Source: Spongospora subterranea f. sp. subterranea (taxonomy: Eukaryota). From it: a stretch of 64,000 nt of DNA. The position numbers were made by a program, and so were the translations under genes. The notes beneath the pieces were generated by a model. It searched no databases, was not told where the DNA came from, and worked only from the letters and a program-made list of their open reading frames with translations. Location: contig JAUGWO010000042.1 in assembly GCA_049724395.1 (NCBI GenBank), forward strand, positions 1 to 64,000. The letters are read 5' to 3'. The number at the start of each line of letters is the position of its first letter. The first letter of the stretch is position 1. Below are positions 12,665 through 25,726 of this stretch, in pieces.

Positions 12665-12952
12665 TTACACACTCAATGAAAGAGGGTCCATCTGGGCGCG
12701 ACCTCCTGTTGTTACGCTCTCGAGGGTGGGCCGTGGGGGTAACTTAAATGTGTATCTATCCAACTTCAGTGCATCATGCTTGATGCCTTGGTTGGCATCA
12801 TCGGCGTCATTTTTATCAGAATAATCATGACCTCTGTAGGTCCGAATATGTTGAGATCTCGAATCGTTTCCCAGCACCTTCTCGCTACATGGGCAAATTT
12901 TGCAAACCACGATTTGCCCTCGATCCGGCTTTCCCCTAACTATCATTTGCAA
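12665..12952 (-). mobile_element. Possible BED-zinc-finger (hAT-like) transposon fragment
   Basis: VVCKIC...SQHIRTY spacing resembles a BED finger; isolated and degenerate. Confidence 0.25.
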
Positions 12953-14650
12953 TATTATGGAGAACTACTTTGCACAAGTGGCCAGGATCGAGATACTGTT
13001 AGATGATTTTTAGCATATATGATGGTGAATGACGCGATTTCTTCATTTTAGTGAAGTCTTCTGCCATTAATTTTTTTCAAGTATGCCCTTTATTGATTTT
13101 CAAGATGCATTTAGTCACTTGATGTGCCACGATGACACAAAAAAAAGATACTGTATGCACCTCCACTTTATTTCATGAAAATGTGAAGTGAATGACCCCT
13201 TTTCCTAAATTGTTAATGGTACTTCTAAACGATGTAAGTGTACAAATATGTCCCCGGTCTCCTGCACCCAACGCTAATTACCGATGACATTATTATCGAG
13301 TAAATTCTCACACTAATGAAATGGGATGGGGCCCAGCATCTACAACTTCGACCAAAGACAGAAAACCTGACAGTCGAAGCTTCGGAGTCGATTATCCGTT
13401 TATGATTGGGCGCATTCATAATAGCGAAGCATGATACGAAAATCGCTTTTGGATTCTGAGTTCGACTGCAATTCCGCATTAAATGTGACCTCATGATATA
13501 TTTTTATTCATTAACCTCAGCGGGTCGTTTTCGACGTCAAACATTGAATAACATTAGCGGATGAATGTATTGTACCACCAAAAATCACTTCATTGTCATA
13601 ATCTCAAGATTGTCGCTGATGTGAAGCAAAAACATTTTGACAATAATTGTAGGCCATACCTTCATCCGCCAATATTATTCAATATGAACTGCATCATAAT
13701 ACGAGACTGGACCAGGCTGCCTATCAGATTGAAGGATTTTCTGAACCCGGATTCAAGACGCTTCTATCGACCCGTGCAGTTAGTTCAATTGCCTGGCGAA
13801 GTTCTCGGCAGACAATGCTCTACCACAGAAGGGCTGAGTGTGTTGCACTTTCCGATGCTACTGGTAAGGAAGCGATGCAATATGATTGAAAGACTCAGGG
13901 AATTAGGCGACGGATTACAACCATCGAAAAACTGGTATCGAAAGGCGACGTGACACGTCGGAAATGCATGACAAGCAAGTGATGATGTGACTCAATTTGA
14001 CATATTTTGAGAAACGTTTCCTAGATAATCAAATCACGCATATCATGGGTTCAATTCTAGTTATAAACTTCATTCTGATATCTGTCCATTTATCAAAGGA
14101 TCACAAACAGATCAACAGTCGAAGTTTGCGACAAACGCACTGCCGGTTCTCTACATTACGCTACATCACGAATCCGCACATTTACAGCAACTCAACACAC
14201 AGTCGTGCGCTTCAAATACGTTACCATTACGTTTCCCAGGACGCCTCCCTACACGTTACAGCAGCATCCTCAGTCGCAAAATGTGGTTTGTGGAGACTAG
14301 TCAACCATGAAGCTCAAATTGATTATCGACAACGAGAGAAACTGAGGATCCGTACCACGCTACGACAAATCACACATCTTCCGAGTCTCCAGCACCCGAT
14401 ATCCAATACCGATGCTGTTATCATCGGATTATAAACCCAACGCTTCAAAGCACACGATCGGGGGTATTTATAGATGTGAAAATCGCATTCGAATTCAAGT
14501 TCGACTTTAAAATCGCATCAATACGATCTCGTGATGTATGTTATACCAACTTAACGTCAAACATTGAGTAGTATACACGAATTGGGGTATACCTAAAACC
14601 AGTTGCAATTTATATGGGCGCAAAACTGGTCAGCATAAAATGTAATGACG

Positions 14651-14803
14651 GTGAAAGTCTTTGGATTCCGGTCTGTATACCGGGCATGGCCTGGATATTC
14701 CTGCACCGCTATTGATATAGTTTTTCACCAGTCGGCATAAAAAAATGCCGGGATTTAGGCCAACCATACCAAGTATGCAGACCGGGAATCCGAATACTTT
14801 CAC
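14651..14803. mobile_element. MITE-like ~150 bp element with imperfect terminal inverted repeats
   Basis: GTGAAAGTCTTTGGATTCCGGTCTGTATAC ... GTATGCAGACCGGGAATCCGAATACTTTCAC; internal hairpin CCGGCAT-AAAAA-AATGCCGG; no clear TSD. Confidence 0.5.
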
Positions 14804-14874
14804 TTTAATTACATGACCAGAGAGATAAACTTCCTTTTGCTTATATCAACTGACAAAAAAATGGTAGAGGTATC

Positions 14875-14927
14875 CAATATCTGATGTTGAAAACGAGCGA
14901 GTTGGGTTCGCTGTTGATAAAGTTTAG
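14875..14927 (+). pseudogene. Remnant of the last exon of a second aspartic protease gene
   Basis: Translates as ISDVENERVGFAVDKV*, versus [19 protein letters not shown] in the neighbouring minus-strand gene. Confidence 0.65.
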
Positions 14928-15638
14928 AATACATTGCAGGTGCCAAACAGTTTACAAAACATAACCTGACTTTTCACTGAACTAGGACCGAACTGATAAT
15001 TTGACATCACGCCAGAAAAGTAACTAATGATGGACGTTTAATCAAGTTTCACATTTGCATCCCACAACAGTTGACGGCAAAGCAATTTGCAAACACTTTG
15101 AAGCATTCAAGGTCTAGATTTAAGGTCTAGTTTGCCTTATCGTCAATTGTTGCGGCTAATTTGATAAAGCGTCCGCAGCAGATTCTTGCTTAACACGACC
15201 ATAGAAACAATTAAACAAATTTATTGTTAATTATCGATATACAGTACCAGACTCTGGCCAATCTAATTCCGAAACTACGATGAAATAACACAAAGTTAGG
15301 ATCAGTAACATGCCGAAAACTTCACGAAGCAACGACAACTCTTGACGTTGAGGTTTGTGGATTGCATTTTAGAATGTTCGCAACTTTTACAAAATGAATT
15401 TCAAAATCGGTAAGTCCACAACTTTCAGCGATGGAGGTAATTTGACGTTAAACACTGTAATTTCATATTGCTGAAGTTTAGCAAGAATAATTGTGAGAAA
15501 TATGGTAACCACCCATTTGGCTAACTGTTTCAGTGTGCATCGAATTCAGCGTCTCAGGAATTACGGTCGGCGTATACATCACAATTGACGGCGATGGTGA
15601 AAAACCAAAAAGGAATTTATAAATTAGGTTACGCAAAG

Positions 15639-17027
15639 TTAACGTAATTTATGTCTCATGTCGGCGAACCCAACTCGTTCCTTTTCAACGTCGAATATCG
15701 AGTAGTATTCTCGGATAAAAGTATCACCTGCAGCCAGTTCATTGTCAATATCCCGGAATTGTCATTGATGTAAAACAAGATACAGCAACAGAATAATGGT
15801 AATGAATATCGTTCAGTTCCGTACTGACCCAGTATCCATAGCGGTCCTCTTGGTGCCGGGATATCCAGGCCCACCATTCCCAGTATACAGACTGGGAATC
15901 CAAAGACCTTCACTTTCATAACGTATTGTGGACCAGATAGGACAAATTTCCTTCCGCCCATATCAATAGTGAAGTCGGGAAGGGATTTAGCCTGGCCACA
16001 CGATATAACATATATTCCTCCCAACGGGCTCGCGAACGCCCCTACAGACACATCTTGACCAAGCAATCACGGATCAACGGCAGCGGAAATTACCCATCTT
16101 GTTGGCCATCTGGTCGATTTCGTCTTTTGGTCCGGCAATCAAAGACGTTCCCGTATCAATGATGACAGTATTACAAGCAGACTTTCGCCCCTCAATCCCG
16201 ATCGAGTCGACTTTAACTTCCCAATAAGTCTCACTCGATACAGGCACCCAAGTTATATCGCCCGTAAAGTGGGATTTATCGTATCCGCCCAGAACAAGTT
16301 CACCGGAACTCCCCGTTCGACTCGGCAGGTAGAACGAGAACATATTTTGTGGTAATAGACCTTGCTCCATTGTTCGCTGAAAAGGTGGATCAAGATCGTC
16401 AACGCTGATCGATCTAAAAGCCTAGGTAGAAAACAAGAACCGTTCAGAAATTACCCAAACTACTGTGTCAAAATAAAATATCGCAACCATTCCGAGAATT
16501 CCGTCGAATTTTCCTCGTCGAAAGGTCTCGCCAGGTTCCTCTGTCGCCTCAGCGAACTGAACATCCTTGACTTTTAGCCCTCCCCAGGTCAGGACATCAG
16601 TGCTGACAAATCCGCTCAGCGATCCACTACCGTATCGAATGGCGAATTCACTCCCATTCTTCTGGTATGTTGTCGACTTGGAGTGATCATATTTGGCATG
16701 ATTACAGTCTTGGCAATATGTCGATGGGACCCATAAATTCGAACTACCCGTGTCGAATATGACCTCAAATGATTGGGCCGGTGAGCCAAGTGATATTACC
16801 CCAAAGTATTGAGCGTTCATGAAATCATGAAGTGGAACAGACGCCGGATTTGGCGCATGAACCCCATATTTCAGATACGGGTGATATGGAGCCGGATTGG
16901 ATATCGCCCGTTGATTCCGCGCCAATAGAGGAACCCGGATAGTATTGTTCCCAAACAAGCTCAGAATGTCGATTTGCGCATTGACCGCGAGAACAAGGAC
17001 CAGAATAGCGACTGTTATTTTCCTCAT
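15639..17027 (-). CDS. Pepsin-family (A1) aspartic protease, cathepsin D-like, secreted
   Basis: Signal peptide, [32 protein letters not shown], second [23 protein letters not shown]; three introns. Confidence 0.95.
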
Positions 17028-18242
17028 TATAGATATTGTCAAAAATGAGCTTCAAACGACTGCTTAAAGTCTTTAGGTATTTGACCGCCGAATCGGTCCG
17101 ATGCGAGGACATATGGGGGATACATAGGAATTTGCTGACATATTCGGCCAATCGTCTCCGAATCTGGATCAAATCAACTCGGCCATCATCGCACAACATC
17201 ATCTGATACTGGGCCTAATTTTCTTCAGAATTTACGCCATTGGGCGTAGAATAAGAGTTCTGTTGAATTCGCTCGATACAGACATAACACTCATTGGATA
17301 GTGAATAGGGGTGATGATGACCCAATCGAAACAGGGCTCATGAGGACTGCCCAATAACAATAAACAATGTAATCAATAGTAAACGCCAAGATTTCGCCTT
17401 GATCGTTGAAGGCTGTATTCGTATTGTTATAGGCTATGGGCTATGGCTTAATGGGCTATGGCGCTGTCTATCAGTGATGAGTTGCGGACTTGCCGTTACG
17501 GAGCAGCCGTACTGGTAGTGTACTTGTATGTGACCGATGTACTGTTGACATGGGCTTCATAACGATTAATGGATCGATTCCGTGTTCATCGTTAGATGTG
17601 ATGAGGACGGCATCGGTTCCTCTGTGGGAGGGGAAATCCTTCCTAAGGGCAATCACAGAGTAATATGGAAGACGGCGAGACATTGACATTTGCTCAGAAT
17701 ATGCTGTTAATGTAAAGGCGTCATCCTACATGAAAACCGCATATATACCAACAAGCACGCTGTAATAACAAGCACCGTTTGAAAGTCGTTTCCTCAATAA
17801 ATACTGTACAGCCGGAATCAAATAAAACTTGAAATTGATTTCGCCCTAATTCACGGTAATACAGCTCGTAAATGTTTGATGAATCAGGATTCAAAACGTC
17901 ACCGCCGAAATAATTGTTCAGACTCATGGTTTATTTGGGGTCTTTAAGATACATTGTTTGTCAAATAACCCACACCGGTAATTCCGAATTCAACCTTCGG
18001 AACGGGAGATCAAACTCAAATTGTACTTGGTGGGACATGGTGAATCCGGTCTGACCGACTTTGGCCAACCACTGTATCAAAGGGTCCATCCCATGATACG
18101 TGAACCATTGTCAAGTTGAGGGATCCGTCATGAACTCATGGTGCTTTCCGGGATATGGTCCGGGGTACCCCTGTACTGCGCCTCCGTACCACACTGACCA
18201 TTCCCTGACAGACGGGGTCGCCGGTAACGCTGACTGGACGTC

Positions 18243-20964
18243 ATGTCGTCACGACTGCTGTTACTAGGCAGTGGGCGACGACCTCAGCTGCTGCTTTCGC
18301 CCGTATCGCTACCGTCTTTGGCGTCCAGGATTATCACCTGTCTTCCACCCCCCCTTTATAATCGTCTCGTTAAATTTCTGATCTCGCCGTCGCCAAACCC
18401 TGGACGGCGAATGATTGAAATTGAGAAAATAATGGGCGGTGTTGGTGGGCATCATCTAATCCCGACCATCCTTCATCTATACGATCGACTCACACCTGAT
18501 CTGTTGGAAAAGACCCGGGAAGAGCGAGACATGGTCCAAATCCGACACGATATATTCCAGGACCAATCTGACCCATATCCGGACGACACCATGGAGCAAT
18601 TCCTGGAACGATTGGCCGAAGCGAGACTGCCACAACACGCCATCAACCCTATCCTGAAAAAGACGGCATGGTTACATCGACAGCGTTGCCAGCGCAAGAC
18701 AAACGGCTGTCTACCAATAACCTATCAGAATGGAATCTCTTACATGATTAGGATTCGTCACTGTTTAGGTTCGATATTATGACACCATACTGTCACCTTT
18801 TATTCATAACTATATATGTCGCCAGGGGAGTTCAGTAGTGCTGATTTAGCGTTCGGGTTCTTGAAATTTATCGGCGAATTGACCCCTGATCATCTACATC
18901 TCGCTCTGCAAGCCACTGATTCTCAGGGTAACAATCGATTGGTACAAACCGTCGCGATTGACGTTGAGGTTCTGTTCAGGGGATGGAGAAGAAGATCCAC
19001 TACCACAACCACCACAGATGAGAAGGAAGCGACGCCAATCGTTCAAGAATCTGTCGAGCAGTTCTGCCTTCGGATCGTCAAGAAATTGCCCGAATCAATG
19101 TATAGAAGCTACAGTCAACAACAATGATATTTGAGTAATATCGCTATTCGCTAGATATACGGGAATCGCCAGGACAATATTCGCTAGTGAACAGTCGCGG
19201 AAGGCTCGAACCGCTCAAGGTCTACAGCCTTTTACGCCAACGGATCGGACTAAATATATGAACGGGTTGAGATCTGTACTCGGTAATATTTCACCACATT
19301 CCAAGCCCAGTAGTTTCGTTCATCGTATTTCTCTATCAATCACTGTATTGATATCTTTATCTTCCCGGTTACGTTGATATCGTACTTTACCGCCATGTCA
19401 ACCAATACTTATATATTTTGTTTTCTGTTGCTGCCTCGTGCCAATGGACTATTTTTCTGGAGCGGATCCTTCATATACTCACACCATATTTGTTTGCAGG
19501 GAGATCAATGGGCGATTATTGTGATGGGTTTCGCTGTTTCGAGTCTGTTTTAACTGTACAGGTTTGATAACGAATGACGATATTGTCACCAAACACAACC
19601 TCAAATGAACATGTTGGTAGATGCTGGAGAATGCCAGACGCGAGTTCGAGCAGGACGAGATCTACCTACTACACACTGAATCACGTGAGACCACTAACCC
19701 AGCCAGCGGGTAATGTTCCCGTCTGTAATTTATCGCCATCCGTGTCACATATCCTAACGAGTGGGATTGACATTGTTTAGATATCTTCTTAAACCTGCCT
19801 ACAAATATTCCCATAAAGTTATGATCGAGAACCTTCCTCTTCATGTCACTCCCGTATTCACCGTCGATCAAATACCAAACGTCGACCGGACTGACCCCAA
19901 TTCCACAGGTAATGATCAAGGAAGCGTTCCAGAACATCGGCAAAGTGATCGCGCTGGAGATCTTCAAGGAGCGCGCGCCGAAACGGTCATTGCTGCCTGA
20001 GCAGGAAAGGCCCTTGATAACCGCCCCAGAACTCCACCAAAATGACGATGACCACGAAGCGAAACCCGTTGATGACGGAACTATTCCGGGGGATGTTGAC
20101 GTCTTCGACGTTCAGGAATCAGAGGTGGAATTCCCCGAGACGTTCGCCAGCGATCTTCGAACTCGGAATAAGAAGACGAAGCTGAAGCCGACAACTGTTC
20201 GCGATTCACATGTCTATGGGGCGTTATATTTCGATAGCGCTGAGAGCCTATCTGTCGCTCTTGATCCATGCATAAGAGTGTTTGGGATTGCAATGATGGT
20301 CAGGAAACAATCAACACCACCATCTCATTTTGGGCCTTTTCAAGAATATTTTTTCAAAGATTATGTTATTTTGACCTATCCTTGTTACTCTGTTTTATTG
20401 GCTGTTTATCTGACATTATTGCCATCCTAAGGTGCTATTCACTAATTTCTATCCCGTTTTTATCCTCGTCGACAGAATTTGTCGTCATATCCCAACACTG
20501 ATTTACCGTCTGCGACCCTCTTGTTTTGCTCCATTTCGAACCACCTCCTCCGTTTTATCAATATAAAGGACCTGTATTTATTGTAGATTTTTAGGATACT
20601 GGTGTATACGATGCATGTCTTAAGACCGTTTGGAGAGAGTGTCGAACATCGCTTCCTCCATCGGCCTTGTATGTTGGCAATCTGCCATTTGATATATGTG
20701 GCTATACGGTTGAGAAATCGCTCTTCGATCTGCTCCAGAGTGGTTCTCCTCGTACTCGTCCTAAGATCAAGTCCTGTATCCAAACCGACACCTTCAATAT
20801 CGGTCAAGGTATTCAACACGTCTCCTAGCGTGTTGTGCTCGCCAACACAGCTCAATTACTTTATAGGATCCGTTATCGCCGCGTTCCACAATCATAATGA
20901 TGCTTTAAAAGCTTATCGTCTTCTGGTTAAAGAAACCCTCAACGTCAGTTTTCGAATCTGTTGA
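18243..20964 (+). CDS. Multi-exon hypothetical protein with C-terminal RRM-like domain(s), possibly organelle-targeted; gene model uncertain
   Basis: Chain of ORFs linked by short GT-AG introns; KVMIENLPLHVT|..VMIKEAFQNIGKVIALEIF...VYGALYFDS is RRM-like; R/S/L-rich N-terminus. Confidence 0.45.
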
Positions 20965-21383
20965 TATCGTTTTTGACAATCTTTCATTCGGCAAAACCCT
21001 TTGAAATTACTCCGTTTTGCCACAGCGTTTGATTTATTGTTTTCGCCAAACTAATTGGTAGATGAAATTGATATGGGGTGGTTCTAAGTATTGATGTCTG
21101 TTAGGGTCGGCCATTGAGGGTCGGGATGGATCAGCGATGCTGAGATCGTGGCGATAGAGAGGCGCCAGGAAAGGACGAAGACTGTTCGAGCTAAACGAGA
21201 TACGACCTACACATTTGAAGGAGTCACAAATATCATATAAATCATAATATCCTATATCAACATCAATCGTCAACATCCTCCCACCACTGTTGATTCCGTC
21301 TCGTCAAGGAAATATCGTTGGTTCTCTCAGGAACGGTGTGTCAGTCCGCGACGGAGTCCGAGCGTTGGCCAAATTTTCAAACC

Positions 21384-22972
21384 ATGGATGAGCGGATCCC
21401 AGTCCCGTCAGTTCGGTCAACGAGCGAGCTGTCTTTCTTAGTCGAGATTGCTCGTTTGGAATTGGGTCCAATCTGTTCCAGAATTGTTCACTTTTTATTG
21501 CATTCTGGTCCAGAATCTGTCCCCGCCATCACCAAATCACTCGGGGATTCGGCATCTCTATCGTCGGACGCCCTTAAATCTCTAGCCCAGCACGGATTCG
21601 TAATCAAATCTGACCTGAAAGCGGCTTTAACTGTTGATAAATTCCAGATCGCATCGAAGATCTTGTCTCCTTCTTATACGGTTCTAATTGGGGATTTGTT
21701 CGGTGTCGAAGCCGAATTCGTCATTGAATTGCTGAACGAACATGGGCGATTAACCTGGTCTATGTTATCGGCTTGGTTCATCAAATCATATCCATCTTCC
21801 TCTATCGCCCAACAGACCCGATTTTCCGACACGTGCAACGACCTTCTTCGCAATCAATATCTTCGTCGTGTCGCTCCCGTCAACGGCGAACTCCCCGCCA
21901 GCGACACAGGCGATTTGTCGCCGACCGACAACAGGGTCGTCGTTGCCATCAACCACGAACGATTCCATCGAGCTCTGCGTAATCGCTGCATTGTGGAATA
22001 CGTTGATGGGCGACTGGATTCAATCGCGAACGCGGTCTGTTCGGCGCTGTTGATCCCACAAACGGATATTGATCCGCCCGAATACACAGAGATGGCGCTA
22101 TTCGATGCGCTGCCAGATGGGGCGGGAGTGACCAGAACACAGCTACGTCAATGTCTACAGGAGATGCTGAACGATAATGTGCCGATCGTTGAGATCAAGG
22201 AATCGATGTCGTGCGGTGAGGTCTATGCTGTTCGGGTCGACGCCATCATCGATCAAATTAAGCGACGCCATACTCAAGCCATAATAAGGGCAAAGGTACG
22301 ACAATTCGACTGATGCTGTTTAGGATTATCTCCGTCATCAAACATCGACTTGTTTTTCATTGCTGCCGATGATGCAACGGATTGTTTTGAGTTTTTCGAT
22401 GACTTTTTTTCCATCATCTCTGTTATCGGTCGTCGGATCATATCGATTATCGTTGATGTTCTGATTCGCATTTGAAATTGTATCCTGTATTGAGGTAGTG
22501 ATTGTTGTTTTATTGTCATTAGTATGGTGATGAAGCCGCCCGGATATTCATGCTCTTACTGGATAAGCACCAGCTGGAGGAGAAGGCGATATCAGAATCG
22601 GGTCTCATATCGAAGAAAATGGCTCGCGAGAAGCTCTACGCTATGATGTCGAACGAGTTCGTCGCTTTGCAAGAGCTGCCGAAGTCAGCCGATCGTAATC
22701 CGCAGAGAACCCTGTTTCTGTGGTCGGTTCCGTTGAATCGGGTGTTCGCCAATCTTCGCTCGGCTCTTCGTCAAGCCTGGGTTAATTTACAGCAGCGTCT
22801 TGAGGCCGAGATGGGGCCGGTTGCGTCATTAATTGAAAGGGTTCGCCAGCAATCTTTGCTATCGTTATCGGATAGCGAACAGGCCCGATATCAAACATAC
22901 CTTAAATCCCATGATCGTCTTGTCAATGCTTCCTGTAAAATAGCTGCAGATATTCACTTATTTCAAATATAA
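21384..22972 (+). CDS. RPC3: RNA polymerase III subunit RPC3 (C82/RPC62)
   Basis: LGPICSRIVHFLL..G, ELLNEHGRL, C-terminal ARIFMLLLDKHQLEEKAI...LQELPKSADRNPQRTLFLW; intron 22296-22522. Confidence 0.9.
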
Positions 22973-23215
22973 TCAGACTGTTAATTATCCACTCGAGGTC
23001 GACACCGTTTTATTCCCAGATTGATCTCCAAACTACTTCAACAATGAACGATCTAGTTCATCTAACCATCATTTCACTCGTTAAGTAGTTGTTGTTTTAC
23101 TCAATTCAGATTGTTTTAGATCTACTTTGCTCAAACCTTGTTCAAACGCATTGACGCGGATCGATTCTTTTGGTTTCTGAATTTCTCACCGGTTTCCAAT
23201 CGCGTTTTATCATGT

Positions 23216-25684
23216 TCATAGAATATCGTCGTCTGTTTGTGTTTGTGCCTGAGCTGTATCGACCTTGGTTTGGGTTGAGCCGAACGTCGTCATCGACCGA
23301 TTATATCGCTGCGATATGATCTGGCCGAGGCGTAGGTCGATGGGCAACCTTGAGTTAACGGCCCGGCATATCTGTCGGCGTAGGGCAGCGTTGCGTTGGC
23401 AATCAGCGATCATGGCGTGGCGTCTCAAGCCGAACGTCAGCGTTTGTTTGGCGATTTCGGTCTGAGTGTGTTGGGCTGATAAACGGCATTCGTTGATCGC
23501 TAGTTGATGGGCCGACAATCTCACACATTCTTCCCCGATCGCCTTCCCAATTCTTTCACCCGATTCAATCAGTTCAATCGCAATCCGTCTTGATTCCAAC
23601 ACTCCATGCTCAAGATTCCGGTACACGAATTCAATCAATCGAATAAGTCCCGACCTATCAAAATTCGATTATTTTTCAGAGCAAAGCTGGTTTTGTGAAA
23701 AAAAAAACTAGAGGAAAAGAGTGATGTAAAGTCGTGTGATTGATTATAAGATGGTATTTGATGACCTGTCGACTAGAAGGTCATATTGAGTTTGTCGCTT
23801 TTCCGTCATCTGCTGATGTCGAATTAATGATTGAGCCCTTAATCCATCTATACTGCTGTCCGATTTTATCCTGGCCATATTGTGTTCCTGATCCATCTCG
23901 TCCCGTTTCGCTGCCAGATCTCTCAGGCGCCCTTCGCCTGCCACTCTCTGCCGTTCCAACAAACTAATGGCGTCATCCGATTCTGTGTTCAGCTCCTGTA
24001 TCTCAACCTGAACCCTGTCTATATCGTCTTTCGCCCTTCTCATCGCCGACGTCCCCGTTGTGAGTTTCGACAGGAGATCTGTCCTTTGTCGTTGCCGTTC
24101 TCTATCCCTTGCCATAATGATGTTCTGTGCCTCTTTCTCCTGTTTCATGATATCCTGAGCCTGTTCGATCTCTATCGCCAGTTCCTCAGCCCTCCTCTGA
24201 CACTGCTCTATATTCCTCGTCTCCTGGTCCATCACCTCCCTATACCCATCCTGTGTCGCCATGTTCCTGGTCACCACCCCATACACTATCTGTATATGCG
24301 ATCGCGTGTCCTCTATCGCCATCATCCTCCTTTCCCTGATCACCTCCCTGTTCCTCCCTTCCCTCCTCCTCCCCTCCCTCAACCGCTCTAACGCCCGTTC
24401 CTGTTCCTCCCTGGCCTTGATCACCCCTCCTCACCCGCCCCTCCATCTCTGGTGTCAATCCCCCCGACACCCTCTCTATCCCTTCCTCAAACTCCCTGAT
24501 CCGTTCCCTGATCCCCTTCACCTGCCCCTCCATCTCCCTCACCCTCATTTTCCCCTCATTATTCCTCTCTATCCACCGCTCCATCTCCTCCCCCGCTCTC
24601 TCAACCGCCCTCCCTTTCCTCCTCACCTCTCCTCTCACCCTCTCTATCTCATCCTCCACCCCTTCTGGCACCTCCTTCATCATTCCGATCATATTCTGGG
24701 TTAGATTCAGGTCCGCCCTCATCTCCATTTCCCGTTCTTCTCCCTTCTCGACATCATTCCTGATCCGTTCCTGCTCAGTTTCCGCCGCCACAGCGACACA
24801 TGTAAACCGATCATCGTCCTTTTTTAATCGAAGTCCCAACGCTTCGGCATCAGACAGCTGTTGTGCGACTTGTTCCCTCCACTCGATAGCGTCCTTCGTT
24901 AATCTTTGTGCTTGTTCACATTCCTCGTTCAAGATTACAATCCTCTCATCTAAGGCGACAACGTCCGCCCGAAAAAATCGGCCAATGATTTCGCTCCATT
25001 AGCCAACATGCTCTTAACCATTGTATGATGTGCTACCATTCTCTGCATTGCCCCTTGCATCGCCCCGACCTTGATCTTTAGCCGATCCAGGTCAGCTCGT
25101 CGGCCAGCTCTGATCGAGGCTATGGTCGTTTCGCTAATCTGCCCTTTCAATATGGAAATGGTCTCACATTGTTGGCTGATATCGCGTTTCCTATTTTGGT
25201 ATTTCGTTGAGTGATTCAAAGCCTCAGATTGGGTTGCGTTCACTTCTAGTTGAAGGCTGGCATTGCGTTCCAAAAGGCGATTTGAGATGATGAGTTCTTT
25301 GACGACAAGTTCATTTGCCGTTTGCAACCGGGACAGAACCTGGCGATACTGGGCTGATATCTGCCCAGCTTGTTCATAGACATGATTTAATCGAATACGG
25401 GCGCTATTTTCACGCGATGATAGCGCTGCCTGGTCCAGCTCAAACTGACGATAGCACTGACAGCGTCTATCTTCATTATCGCGAATTAACGCACTGATCT
25501 CAAGCTCGAAATCACAATCCGGCTGACATTGATCCAGGAGGTAGGAGAATAATCGCCAGAGAAGAGCAGTCAACTGAGTTGGATATGATGTTGCATTGCC
25601 AACCTCACTAATGATGTCGTGAAAGCCAACGCTGTAGACCTGCAACAGAGTTGATAATCTGGCAGCGTCACACGGGGACATCAT
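23216..25684 (-). CDS. Long coiled-coil protein; N-terminus weakly resembles an axonemal dynein light chain domain
   Basis: Four successive E/R/Q-rich ORFs; VYSVGFHDIISEV...LLWRLF; apparent frameshift near 24425; exon boundaries uncertain. Confidence 0.55.
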
Positions 25685-25726
25685 GATTGAGTCCCCGAGT
25701 ACAATTGACCGATCCTCAGTTTATTA

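Noticed and set aside
13200..14450. Short ORFs here and at 17471-17927, 27647-28127, 31143-31500 and 32495-33053
   Set aside because: No recognisable motifs or consistent exon structure; probably decayed sequence that cannot be assigned by eye.
23882..24704. Long plus-strand P/L/H-rich ORFs
   Set aside because: Antisense shadows of the purine-rich coiled-coil gene.
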